This document shows, one piece after another, positions 37,239 to 55,807 of a stretch of 64,000 nt of DNA. Positions within the stretch are counted from its first letter, which is position 1, and each line of letters opens with the position of its first letter. The notes beneath the pieces were generated by a model that worked only from the letters and a program-made list of their open reading frames with translations, did no database searches and was not told the origin of the DNA. A program made the position numbers and the translations under genes. The stretch comes from the human T2T-CHM13v2.0 reference genome, Homo sapiens, in the NCBI RefSeq assembly GCF_009914755.1, contig NC_060941.1, one strand, 5' to 3'.

Positions 37239-37840
37239 GCAGTGTTTTAAAAATGCTAATGGACCAAGTCAATAACACTTAATGATAGGTCAATGAGTTA
37301 TGCAATTCTGGCCAAGTCATACATAGAAATGAATCACTTGGTAACTAGCCAGGACTCTTCAAAGTGCTATGGTCATGAAACACAAGGATTGAAAGACTGA
37401 TCCAGACTGAAGGAGACTAAGAAGACATGGAAACATCTGTGACCTTGGATTGGACTTTGGGCCAGAAAAAAAGGGCATTGATGAAAGACTTGGTGAAAGC
37501 TGAATAAATTCTGTAGATTAGTTGATAGCATTGTAGCAATGTTATTCCCTGGTTTTCATCAATGTATTGTAGTTATGTAATGTGTTAACATTAGGAGAAA
37601 CTGAGTGAAAGATATATGGGAATTCTTTGTCTTAGTTCTGTAATATTTTTGTAAGTTTCATATTATTTCAAAATGAAAAGTTAAAAAAATTGTTTAAATT
37701 AAATTTTAAGAAATGTATCATTTAGAGATAGATATGAAGTTGCAAGAACCTGAAACCTAGATGAGAGATGGCGGTTCTGACTTAGCAAAGCACTGCACTG
37801 ATATCAACAACTGGAGAAGCGGGTGCCGTTCACAACTTAC

Positions 37841-37936
37841 ATTGGAGGAACTGTTCCCTGGTGCTGGGCTCAGGTTTGGAAGTCCAATATTTGCGCTGAA
37901 CAACGGCAGACACTTGAGTTCTGATGTCATACTCCT
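37841..37936 (-). CDS. TRIM16: TRIM16 coding exon 5 ([32 protein letters not shown])
   Basis: gattttctAG acceptor, AAT|GTAAGT donor, 96 nt, phase 1-1. Confidence 0.95.
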
Positions 37937-38189
37937 CTAGAAAATCAAGAGAGTTGTGAATGCACACCTGTCCAGGTGGTCAGGAGAATCTGCAAATCAG
38001 GACTTCCCAGCCACCCTTCCCTGGGCTTCCTGGGGAAAGAAGGGGCTGAAGCCTGGTAATGTTTCACAGAAATACGCTCAATAGACTACATTTCTTTCAT
38101 AGGTAAGGCATAAACCACTGAAAAAGTGATCCAGACCATCTTGGATTTAACTTAAAAGTATAGGCATCAGCAACCTGGGAAGCTAGTCA

Positions 38190-38664
<475 letters not shown>

Positions 38665-38730
38665 TCACCTTCCTATCATCTACTGCTAGAGACACACTCA
38701 CTATAGTCCATGGCCCAGAATGCGTCTCAC

Positions 38731-38896
38731 CTTCCTTGGAAAACTCCTGGAGCTTTTTCTTATAGTTCTCCAGCAACTGGATTAAGTGTACAGTGGATTC
38801 CGTGATAACTTTGCGGATGCCCGAGAGTTTATCCTTCAGCCCTACGTAAACACTAGGGAAGGTGATGTCTTCAGTGTTCTTAAACTTGCAGTACTC
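38731..38896 (-). CDS. TRIM16: TRIM16 coding exon 4 ([23 protein letters not shown]...LQEFSKE)
   Basis: ttttctgcAG acceptor, AAG|GTGAGA donor, 166 nt, phase 0-1. Confidence 0.95.
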
Positions 38897-39762
38897 CTGC
38901 AGAAAAGGAAACAGCAGAACTTGCTGTGGTTTCTGTATTTCTAAACTCGGGCTTCTCTCCTCATTAAGTCACTTTTTGCATCTGTAAAATGGGCTGACGG
39001 TAATGTGTCCTTCACAAAGAAAGTACATGTGAAGTGTCAAGCTCAGGGTCTAACAAAATAGAAAGCACTTCTCTAGCTGCTAGACCCTCAGAATAAGTGG
39101 GATTTTAAAAAAAACAAGTGAGAACATGGGATTTTAAAAATCAAGATGTACTAGATGGCCATGAACAGCTCCAATACACAGTCCAGACTGGGGACCAAAA
39201 AATAAAGAACATTCTTGCTTTGTTCATTCCGTCAGTACTTGTTTTTTGACAATTTAAACACAAGCCATGGTAGAAAATGGAGGAGCTCTCAGGCAGGAGT
39301 GCTGCCTCTTCCTTGTCAGTTTCATCCAATGCATAAATTTCTGTAATTCTTGTACCTTGCTTTAGTATTTGGAAAGTGTTTTCACACTGATAATCACATA
39401 GTTTCATGTAAGTTTTGAAATAACGTGTGATCAGGAAAGATGCTTTCAGATATAACACAGTATCAAACTTCAGCTGCAACTGAAGCATTAAAAAGCAGAC
39501 CAGGTACAGCAGAAAACATAGCAATGAAAACAGTTGTATGAAAATGATTAGATAGAGCCATGGAAATCAAAACCAGAGAATTGATAGAGAAAAGGGTAAT
39601 TCAACATTTTAATGCTATATACTGTACATGACAAAAGTAGCATTTTAAATCAGTGGGAGAAAGGATAAGTTATTCGGATAAGTTATTCAATAAATCTTGT
39701 TTTGAATGCCTAACCAAAAATTTGGGGGAAAACGTTATCTTTTGCCAAAATAAATAAATATC

Positions 39763-41092
<1,330 letters not shown>

Positions 41093-42257
41093 TTATATAC
41101 TCTTTGGGTAGATCTTAAGGGAAACTTGTGAGGCGGGAAGCCAAATGGTTATTAAATGGTTATTCATATTTTCTTCGTGTTTTGATACTGAAAAGCAAAG
41201 AAACTGACAGACGCTTTGTTGGTGTTTTTGTCTGTCTTTCTCTTTTACTCATTCAAAAGTTAACTATGTTGTACTTGTGTAAGGATTATGGATTTTTTTT
41301 CTTCTTTTTTTGTACTTTCCAAGTTTTTCACAATAAACATTTGTTTTTTGTAACTAGCAGAGAATTTTTTCAAAAATGCAAGCAAGAAAAAATTGTATTT
41401 CAGAATATCAGAGCTTGGATGGAGCCTTCTGAATTATTTACTCCAGTGGGCTTGTTGATAAATGAGAAATTTGAGACTCAGGGATGTGAAGAGCTGTTAA
41501 CAGAGCTGTTTTCTGACAGATTCAGGATGTTGCAGTTTACCCCCAACCTAGTGTTCCTTCCTCGAAAGGTTACATGTTCTTTAGATCTCGTTCCAATGGC
41601 TTACGGTTTGATGTCTAATGATACATTGTAATGAAAAGCATTTCCTGGTTCCAACTGCTTACCTTTAATGTCTAATGATACATTGTAATGAAAAGCATTT
41701 GCTCTTCTGAGCCCTCCTCAATTACTCCAGCCACAGCCCTCTCTGAAAAGCAGCAGGCTCCAGTCTCATCCCTACCAAGCAAACCTCCATGCAGTGGACT
41801 GCTGGAGCGGTTTATAAAACATACTCACTGACTCCATCATTCTCCCATCTGAAACCCTTCCCAGCCATACACCTGCCTGGCCGTGCCAGTCTCATCACTC
41901 TGCACCCAGTACCCCAGGCTCCACCCCTATTAAAGTACCTTGGCTCCCCAAATCAGCTGTGCTTCCTCAAACCTCTCTGCCTTTGCATATGTTGTTCCCT
42001 CTACCTGGAACATACTGCACGTTGAACCTGACTCATCTTCCGGGACCTGCTTCAAGCTTCCCTGCTCTGAGCAGTTCTCCCTCCCTACCCCTCCTATACT
42101 CTGCTGAATGAAGAATCTGCTTCTCTCTGTTCCCACTGCTCCCTGTGCACACCATTTAACAAAAAACAGTTCCATTCACAGATGGCCATGGGCCTAGCAA
42201 AGAGAGGGTGCTTCATGGGGCAGCTGTGGGATGCCTCTGCCCCCGCAACCCCCATAC

Positions 42258-42491
42258 CTCCAAGAACTGGACAGTGTTGCTGATGGCCGCCATCCTCTCC
42301 AGCTCCTGCTTGCTCTTCTCCATCTCGGCACTCCTGTACTCCAGGTGGGCCTTGATACCGTTGGCCTGGCTCAGCGCAGCTTGCTCCTTCTCCTCTAAGA
42401 AGAGCATCACATTGGCCTGGGCCTTCCTCACAGCAGCAAGGAGTTCCCCAAACTGCATTTCAGCCACCGCTTTGACCTCTGACACCGACAC
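42258..42491 (-). CDS. TRIM16: TRIM16 coding exon 3 ([18 protein letters not shown]...QFLE; coiled coil)
   Basis: ccctgccAG acceptor, GAG|GTATGG donor, 234 nt; residues EYRSAEM and ELERMAA fit TRIM16 rather than TRIM16L as I recall them. Confidence 0.96.
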
Positions 42492-43254
42492 CTGGCAGGG
42501 GGTGGGGGTGGAAGGCAGCCAAACATTTCTTAGTGAGGCATCCAACTTGATAGAAACTCAACATACAGAAATGTCAGCTTGAGAAACACATATATTAGGG
42601 AGCAGTTCCCTATTGTAAAAGGAATCCTTTATTCTCATGTGAATTCCAGGTTCCTGGAAAAAGGATTTACGTATTAACTTGGTCTCCTCATCCATTTGAT
42701 GAGAGAGTGAATTCCTCTATGACCTCTGAGATCCCTCACAACTCTGACACTCCGGGATTGTTAGTCAAGTTTCCGAAATTGATTTTCCTACCAGAGCAAT
42801 GTGTGTATTCAGTCTACTTGATAGTCATATTTCAAGAGGTAAAGAATTTGGCTTTTTTTTTTTTTTTTTGTATAATCAGCATGAATTAGCTTTCTTAGCA
42901 TTTCATTATGCCCGGTTAAACTGACCACTGAGTCCATCAGAGCCAAATGCATGTCTAAGATGATACTGTCTCTACCACATACAGAATCCCCATAAAATGT
43001 TTAGGGTGCAGACGACCATGGCACCCAAGCAATTCCAGGACAAGCATGTATATGCAGAACAGAATGTGACATTCAAATAAAATATAAAAGAAAACCCATG
43101 TGAGAAACATTAAGGGTTTGAATGATGGGGCACATGCATGTGGACTCTTTTGCATGGTAAGCATCCTCTATGAATGCCTTCAATCAATATCATGTTTACA
43201 ACATCTTTCCAAGTTCTGAAGGTTTCCTCTTCTCTGGTATTCTTAAGAATTGGT

Positions 43255-44496
43255 AGGAGCCTCTCCGCCCGGTAGCCACCCCATCTGGGAAGTGAGGAGC
43301 GTCTCCGCCCGGCAGCCACCCCGTCCGGGAGGGAGGTGGGGGGGGGGGGTCAGCCCCCCGCCCGGCCAGCCGCCCCATCCGGGAGGGAGGTGGGGGGGTC
43401 AGCCCCCCGCCTGGCCAGCCGTGCCGTCCGGGAGGGAGGTGGGGGGGTCAGCCCCCCGCCCGGCCAGCCGCCCCGTCCGGGAGGTGAGGGGCGCCTCTGC
43501 CCGGCCGCCCCTACTGGGAAGTGAGGAGCCCCTCAGCCCGGCCAGCCACCCCGTCCGGGAGGGAGATGGGGGGGTCAGCCCCCCTACCCGGCCAGCCGCC
43601 CCGTCCGGGAGGGAGGTGGGGGGGTCAGCCCTCCGCCCGGCCAGCCGCCCCATCTGGGAGGTGAGGGGCGCCTCTGCCCGGCCGCCCCTACTGGGAAGTG
43701 AGGAGCCCCTCTGCCCGGCCAGCCGCCCCGTCCGGGAGGGAGGTGGGGGTGTCAGCCCCCCGCCCGGCCAGCCGCCCCGTCCGGGAGGGAGGTGGGGGGG
43801 TCAGCCCCCCGCCCGGCCAGCCGCCCCGTCCGGGAGGGAGGTGGGGGGGGGTCAGCCCCCCCGCCCGGCCAGCCGCCCCGTCCGGGAGGTGAGGGGCGCC
43901 TCTGCCCGGCCGCCCCTACTGGGAAGTGAGGAGCCCCTCTGCCCGGCCACCACCCCGTCTGGGAGGTGTGCCCAACAGCTCATTGAGAACGGGCCAGGAT
44001 GACAATGGCGGCTTTGTGGAATAGAAAGGCGGGAAAGGTGGGGAAAAGATTGAGAAATCGGATGGTTGCCGTGTCTGTGTAGAAAGAAGTAGACATGGGA
44101 GACTTTTCATTTTGTTCTGCACTAAGAAAAATTCCTCTGCTTTGGGATCCTGTTGATCTGTGACCTTACCCCCAACCCTGTGCTCTCTGAAACATGTGCT
44201 GTGTCCACTCAGAGTTAAATGGATTAAGGGCGGTGCAAGATGTGCTTTGTTAAACAGATGCTTGAAGGCAGCATGCTCGTTAAGAGTCATCACCACTCCC
44301 TAATCTCAAGTAATCAGGGACACAAACACTGCGGAAGGCCGCAGGGTCCTCTGCCTAGGAAAACCAGAGACCTTTGTTCACTTGTTTATCTGCTGACCTT
44401 CCCTCCACTATTGTCCCATGACCCTGCCAAATCCCCCTCTGTGAGAAACACCCAAGAATTATCAATAAAAAAATAAATTTAAAAAAAAAAAAAAAA
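43255..44496 (+). mobile_element. 5'-truncated SVA retrotransposon (SVA_F-like): VNTR + SINE-R + poly(A)
   Basis: GC-rich VNTR (gggagggaggtgggggggtcagccccccgcccggcc) 43255-~43960, SINE-R, AATAAA and poly(A); 10-bp TSD aagaattggt at 43245-43254 and 44497-44506; TT/AAGA L1-endonuclease-type site. Confidence 0.95.
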
Positions 44497-44513
44497 AAGA
44501 ATTGGTGTAGACA

Positions 44514-44766
44514 GCCGGGTGCGGTGGCTCATGCCTGTAATCTCAGCACTTTGGGAGGCTGAGGTGGGCAGATCATGAGGTCAGGAGATCGAGACCATCC
44601 TGGCTAACATGGTGAAACCCTGTCTCTACTAAAAATACAAAAATTAGCCGGGTGTGGTGGCGGGCGCCTGTAGTCCCAGCTACTCAGAGGCTGAGGCGGG
44701 AGAATGGCATGAACCTAGGAAGCGGAGCTTGCAGTGAGCTGAGATTGCGCCACTGCACTCCAGCCC
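44514..44766 (+). mobile_element. AluY lacking its 3' end and tail
   Basis: Consensus stops at cactccagcc. Confidence 0.85.
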
Positions 44767-45268
44767 TATCCCATCTGAGACTTTCTGAGCACCCCTCCAG
44801 GTGCTGTTTTCTCTCACTCCTCCCAATGTTAAGGGCCAGCTCTGAACATCAGGGCTCCAAAGTGAGTCAAATAGCAGATATCCTTGGGCAGAGGCTTCAG
44901 GGGCACCTCCCATCCCTGGCAAGGAAGGAGAGAGGGAGAGAGGGAGGGAGAATGAGACCCAGATCAAAAAGGGGAGCACAGTAAGGAAAGGACTCAGAAA
45001 GGATGGGATTCTGGGCCCAGGCTTAGTGGGAACCTAGAGGTTTGGAGGGAGATGGGAAGAAAAAATGATGACACCAGATAGGTCTTCTGCCTGGCTCAGG
45101 CCCTGGCTTAGGCCAGGGCTCAGCAATTCACTCCACGAGAATGGTCTCTGATCAGTCTTCAATCTGGTGGCAAAGGGAAGAATAAGCAGGGGAAAGAAAG
45201 CAAGGGGTATCCCTACTGGAGGGGGATGGTGGGAAGACACAGACAATCTCCCTACATTCTCTCTCTCT

Positions 45269-45576
45269 CTTTTTTTTTTTTTTTTTTTTTTTTTAGACAA
45301 GGTCTCCTCTGTTGCCAGGTTGGAGTGGCACAGTCTTGGCTCACTGCAGCTTTGACATCCCAGGCTCAAACGATCTTCCACCTCAGCCTCCGAAGTAGCA
45401 GAAACCACAGGTGCATGCCTTCATGCCCAACTAATTTTTATATTTTTTGTAGAGATAGGAGCTTACTACGTTGCCCAGGCTGGTCTCAAACTCCTGGCCT
45501 CAAGCAATCTGCCGTCCTTGGCCTCCCAAAGTGCTGGGATTACAGGTGTTATTACAGGTGGGATTACGTCCAGCCT
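45269..45576 (-). mobile_element. AluJ-like
   Basis: Diverged Alu. Confidence 0.8.
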
Positions 45577-48058
45577 ACATTCTCATTTTTATGCCAACTT
45601 TTCCGTTGCCTGTTGGCTTCCTTGAGGTTAGGTAGCTGGACAGAGCTGGGAGCAAAGAAGCTGTGGTAACAGGATTAAGGAAGAGCGGGGATGGTAGACT
45701 TTATCCAAATTCTTCCAGCCCACACCAAGAAAAGCTTTTAGACAGGTGACGGTGTTGAGAAGCCAGGGCAGCAGGAGAGGCGATTTGGGAAACCTGAGGC
45801 TATCTGGTTTTGTGGCTCCCTCCGGAGCCCTGTTGTCCAGAGCTGGCCCTCACCCTTGGGAGGAGGAATAGTAGCACCTTAACCAGCTGCTCAGAAAGAC
45901 TGCAGGTGGGGACAATAGTAGAGAAGGAGGCAGGCAGAGAATGGGCTCTGGACTGTGGATGGGAGGCTCAGAGCACTGTCTGAAATGAAGACCTGAGAAC
46001 CAGGAAAGCTACCTGGGCCCCACCCAGGCCCCCCAAGTGGCAAACCTGCTGCCTGGGGCTCTGCCAGGTATAGGCTCTGCAGCCCTCTGACACTTCACCT
46101 CTCTCCCTCTTCCCACTCTCCTGAGAATGAGGACCCTCTGCTGCTAGCCTGGTCACTCTTCCAATTATATAACAATAATCATAAAAACAACCAACATGTA
46201 GTAAGTTCTTACTATGTGCCAGGCACTTTTCTCCTAGCAACCCTAAAAGGTAGGTACTATTAGGGTCTCCATTTCTTAGATAAGGAAACTAAGACAGTGA
46301 TAAATGGACTGATTTGCCCAAGATCACACAGCCAAGGTTTGAACCAAGACTGTCTGTCTCTGGAGTCCATCCCTTTGACCACCATTCCACACTGCCTCAA
46401 AATAGGGCCCAGGGTTGGGGATCCATGTGCCTGCAGTATAGCACTGAGCTGGCACAGCCTGACCTCTCCCTCTGGGCCCTGGCACATTCACTAGGATGAG
46501 CTGGGGAGGTACAATGGGAGTTCAGCTGAGCTTTCAGCCCATGGGCTGTGGCTGTGTGGGGGTTGCAGGGAAGGACCTTTAAGTTCAGCCCATTAAACAG
46601 AAGCCCTCCCAAGACCAGATGAGAGACAGGGCTTAGCCCCTTGTTCACTGTGGGCACCAGTTAGGGTAACATCCTATGCCCATAATGGACTATAAATACA
46701 CAGGCTGCTGCTGAGCAGGCGACCAAGAGGGAAAGAGGCCAAGACTCCCAGCAATTCCTGAACCAACTGTTTACAGGTGTTGCCTCCTTGACATTGCAAA
46801 CACTGTAAATTCTGATATATTAATCATTACTAGATTTAAATCTAAAAGCCAAATTACATTTCCATATGGCAAAGAAGTAATGATGAAGAAATCTACCTCA
46901 GAAGACAGGAGAGTTTTGCTTATAACCATTTGGGAGCGGGGGCAAATGGTGGTGATGGTGTTTGATCCAGGCTCTGCATTAGCTAACGTGTCCTAGTTCC
47001 CCGGCTTACTCACCCTTCATGCCCACTCAGGCTCCAGGTAGCCAGGCTCTAGGAGTCACAGAGGCCACAGAGTGCTCCCTGCCTGTACTGCCCGCTCCCG
47101 ATGACCTCCAGAAAGCAGGAGCAGGACACAGCATGGGAACCAGCATGAGGGTGTTGTGGGAAAGGAGCAGAATCCTGTCTACAATTATGACCTGTAAGTT
47201 CCTCATAGAAGCACGATACCATGAGGCTAAGAGGATGAGACTAAAGACAAACTCAGGATCCAAATCCTCACCCCCGGCCCCAACTGAGGCCATCCTGAGA
47301 AAGGATAGTGGAAGGGAGGTGTCAGATGATATTGGTGGATTGAGGTTGACTTCTGCTGTGGCCTGGCCCTCATTCCTAAACCCTCCCATTGAGAAACACT
47401 TCTTTCTTGCATGTAAATGTAATGTGCAAAGGGCATTACTTACCATGAAAATGATGACAAGCAGAAACAGTACAGAGAGGAGAGGCCTCAATACATTCAA
47501 GGAGCCAGCAGGTAATGGTTTAAAGATTTGAGGATGGTGTACATGCCTATCAATATACTGAGTCATTCTTAAGTCAAGGGAGCAACAACTCTAGGTTCTC
47601 ACATTCCATCAATCTAGATGGCCCTAGACAAGTATTGTCATCTCTCCATGTCTTCATGCCCCTTGTGCATGGTAGCTATTGTAATAACTACCTCCCCTGG
47701 TCATCATGTACTTATGAGAACTGAGGAGGGATCAAAGTGTCTGAAAATTAAAGAGCTGGGAAACACAAGACCCTCCATGTGGTTCTACAGGTTATCTTGA
47801 GCCTGGAAATCCATTATCTCTGAAGGTTTATAAGGCTTTAAAGGGATAATTCTCTTTCTTCCTTTAATAAGATATTGTGGGTAAGAAAGAGGTGTTTCAT
47901 CCTTCAGTAGCTAGTTGGTTGTAAACACCCAGGAGGTGAAAATTAAGTTGAAATGAATACATGCATTAGGGGTAGATGAATGGATGGATGGATGATGGAT
48001 GGAATCATTTATTCTCAGGATATAAAGATGACAATGCTGATTCACTTCCATAGGGTAG

Positions 48059-48423
<365 letters not shown>

Positions 48424-48942
48424 TAGAACTCCTCAGAATCCACTTGGAGACCATTTACTGCCTACTTAGCCTGGCACACCATGGCCTTCTCAAATACCAT
48501 CAGTAATCCTGAGTTCTCAACTCCTTTTTTCCAGCTGCCAGGTCATAGGACTGGTGAGACTCACATGCAGAACACCCTCATATAATGGAAGAAGCCAAGA
48601 TAACGTATAGTTTTTGGACCTCTGACTAAACTCCCAGCCCCCCACACACATACACCCTGTCAAGACAGCATAAGCAAATGTAGAAATAAGAATGTTGTTA
48701 TTACAGGATTAGTCTTGGTTCTAATTTATATTATTAAAAAGCAAATCACTTGCCAGGTTTAAAACTTAAACTAATTTCATAACAAATCCTGACATCAAGG
48801 TGAGGCTACCGCATGGTGTAGTCAACTGTACCTACAATTCTCATTTGTGGAGAAACCCCAAGGAACCTACAGGAATGGAGGCTAGGCATGCAGTACCACG
48901 TCCCACACCCTCACAGGCCTGGCTGACCCAGGCTGGTCTTAC

Positions 48943-49038
48943 CAGAACAGACTTTTGGTTAGCCTGGAGCCTGGAGATGGCATTTTCATTCAACTTGAGT
49001 TTCCGCTCCAAGTCTAACTGGGTGCACTGGAGTTCAGC
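48943..49038 (-). CDS. TRIM16: TRIM16 coding exon 2 ([32 protein letters not shown]; coiled coil)
   Basis: ttccacttttAG acceptor, CTG|GTAAGA donor, 96 nt, phase 0-0. Confidence 0.96.
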
Positions 49039-49331
49039 CTAAAAGTGGAAAGCAGAGAATTAAGGAGGAAGGAGCCCAATGCACACAGAAGGACACGGGC
49101 ACTCTCCAGCCCTGACATCCCCGCCCTTCTTCCCTGGAAAGAAGTTTAACTTCTGTGGCTGATCTCAGAAACCAGCCGGGAGGCACGAAGGGTTGGCGGT
49201 GAGCCCGTGCCCTCCTGGGGCTGCAGTCAGCATGAGTCAGCGAAAATACAGTGAGCACGGATGCCGTGCTGCTCACCATTTCAAGCATTTTGTGGATTAC
49301 CCCACACCATCCTTGCCATACCCATACTAGC

Positions 49332-49928
49332 TGTAAACCAGAAATAAAATCCTAAACCCCCAACAATCTGAATGGATCCCTCCTCTCAGCAAAGGGCATT
49401 CCAAAGTTAACCTGAAAAACCAGTTCAGGCCATGATGGGAAGGGAGGTCAGACATGGCTCATTATAACTTCCTCCCTTTTGGAATTACTGATACAGCAGA
49501 CTCTTTCAGTCTGATTAGAAACATTTACAATCTGTTCTCTCCAAAACCTCCTCCCTGGAGGCTTTACCCACATGATAAAACCTTGGTTTCCACCACCTCT
49601 TATCTTAACCCAGACATTCCTAAGTCTTTAGACAATAACTTGACTCTTTCAACCAACTGCCAATCAGAAAATCTTTGAATCTACCTATGACCCGGAAGCC
49701 CTGGTTTCCAGTTGTCCCACCTTTCCAGACCAAACCAAATTACATCTTACATGTATTTGATTGATGTCTCATGTCTCCCTAAAATGTATACTAGGCTGTA
49801 CCCCAACCACCTTGGGCACATGTTCTCAGGGTCTCCTGAGAGCTGTGTCACAGACCATTGGTCACTCATATTTGGCTCAGGATGAATATCTTCAAATATG
49901 TTACAGAGTTTGACTCCTTTTGTCAACA
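49332..49928 (+). mobile_element. ERV1 solo LTR, MER4-family
   Basis: Starts tgtaaaccagaaataaaatcctaa, ends tgtcaaca; near-TSD tagc/tagg. Confidence 0.75.
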
Positions 49929-50114
49929 TAGGTAAACATGATTATTATTTCAAAGGTACAGGTGATAAAATCATGTTTCCAAGTTCATCAATGGAGTTGA
50001 GCCTAGGCTGACCCCACAAGAGCCAAACAGGGAGTGTAGGGTTGGAGCCAGATGGCCAAGTGGGAAGTCTACATTTTTTTACTTAGCAGTTGAGACTTTG
50101 GCCAAATTTACTTA

Positions 50115-51352
<1,238 letters not shown>

Positions 51353-52901
51353 CTTAATATCTCTAAACTTCCATTTCTTCACCTGTGAGATGGGGCTCAG
51401 TAAAGTGTTTGCTTCATAGGATTAGGAAAGAATGGACTAACGAGATAACGTATGTCAATAAGAACTTTGTATAGTACCAGGGACATTATTAATGAGCTCC
51501 ATAAATGTCAGTGGGTGCCAGCATCGTCATCATCATCATTATTACTCCTGCTACCATGGCTGCTTTCCATTCATGTTCTGTATTCGAAGGCAGAGCCAGC
51601 CCTCCCAGCCCAGGCAAGTGCCTGCCCAAAAACCTCAGGTTTGCCTGCTTTGGCCCCAGCTTCAATCTTGCCTCCTGGGATGCACTAAACACCTTCTGCC
51701 AAGAGGTGTGCCAAGGCGCACTTAAGCCTTTGCAAACCTCAAAGACCCTGTCACTTTCCTACTTCCACAAGGGCAATATACAAAAAGAAAAAGAAAAAAA
51801 AAAAAGAATCGCTTTCACTGCTTAATAGCTTCTGTCTGCATTTAAAGCTGCGAGTCATTATGCCCTAATAGAACTCAGAGAGCATAAACTGTCTCTCCAT
51901 TCTCCACTGAAGACTGGGGGAATTCCAGGCCCCCTGGGGAGGGAAGCAGCTGCAGGCAGAGGACTCGCCTCTCCAGGACACTGCAGAAGGCAGGAAATGT
52001 TTGCTCAGGCTCCAGGTCACTGAGAGTGGAGCTGAGGGGGCCCCAGTGACCTCTCACCCTTGATACCTGAGACGTGATGCCTGGGAGTGGGGAGTGGGGG
52101 TGGATCTGGCCTATTTGGGGGCAATCCTGGAATCTTGAACTATGAAAAAGGCTTACACAGTGACCCATTCCAGGGGAGAGAAAAGGAACATGAGCTGCTT
52201 GTTTAAAGGTGGTGGAAGACACATCAGAACACACCCTAGCAACAGGCTCCTACAACACGGCATCTAAACAGCAGGGACAGAAGAATGTGTTGAAGCAGTC
52301 GGCAGCAGCGGGGCCATAGGGAGGTACCCAGGGAGCATCGAGAGTGAGGGGCTTCTCTCTGCTATTTGCAGACTACCATAAAAGGAGAGAAAAGGACTCC
52401 TTAAGTACATAATCGGGGACTTTCCTGACTGAGTCACCCCAAGAAAAGGCACTCCCAGTTACCTCAAAAGGTGGAACCACTTTGAAAGACTTGTTTCTCC
52501 AGTTATTCCTGTTCCTTGAAAATGATGGGGTGCCTCAGACACTGGCTTCAGGGTTTCCCAAGAGGTCAGCCACACACACATCTCAGGTCAGGGTGGGCCC
52601 TGCCCAGAAGCGGGACTGTGGTGCCCATGAGCACAGAAAGTTCTGGAAGGCAGGGCACACAGAGCTCTGCCTGCTTCAGCAAGACAATGACAGATGTGTC
52701 AAAGGCACACTATTTGGAGTCCGAAATATTTTGGGACCTGCCACTTGCTGGCCATATAGGCTTTGTCAAGTCATTCAAGCCATTTAGCTTCTCATCTGGT
52801 GCAAGACTACCTAAATATGCTAACAGAAGGGTTCCTTCTGCTACAGGGCAAAGGTGGCACACAAAGAGTGGCAGCCAGGTCATGTTAGAGATGAAAAATA
52901 G

Positions 52902-55807
<2,906 letters not shown>

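Noticed and set aside
43255-43960. Regularly repeated units resembling a CRISPR-like array
   Set aside because: No unique spacers; this is the SVA VNTR in eukaryotic DNA
43250-44476. 250-aa Pro/Gly/Arg ORF and overlapping ORFs
   Set aside because: Read-through of the GC-rich SVA VNTR and SINE-R, not a gene
47019-47531. 170-aa plus-strand ORF overlapping a 179-aa minus-strand ORF
   Set aside because: No recognisable domain, poly(A) tail or TSD to support a gene or retrocopy; only the first 41 codons of the minus ORF are kept as a splice hypothesis
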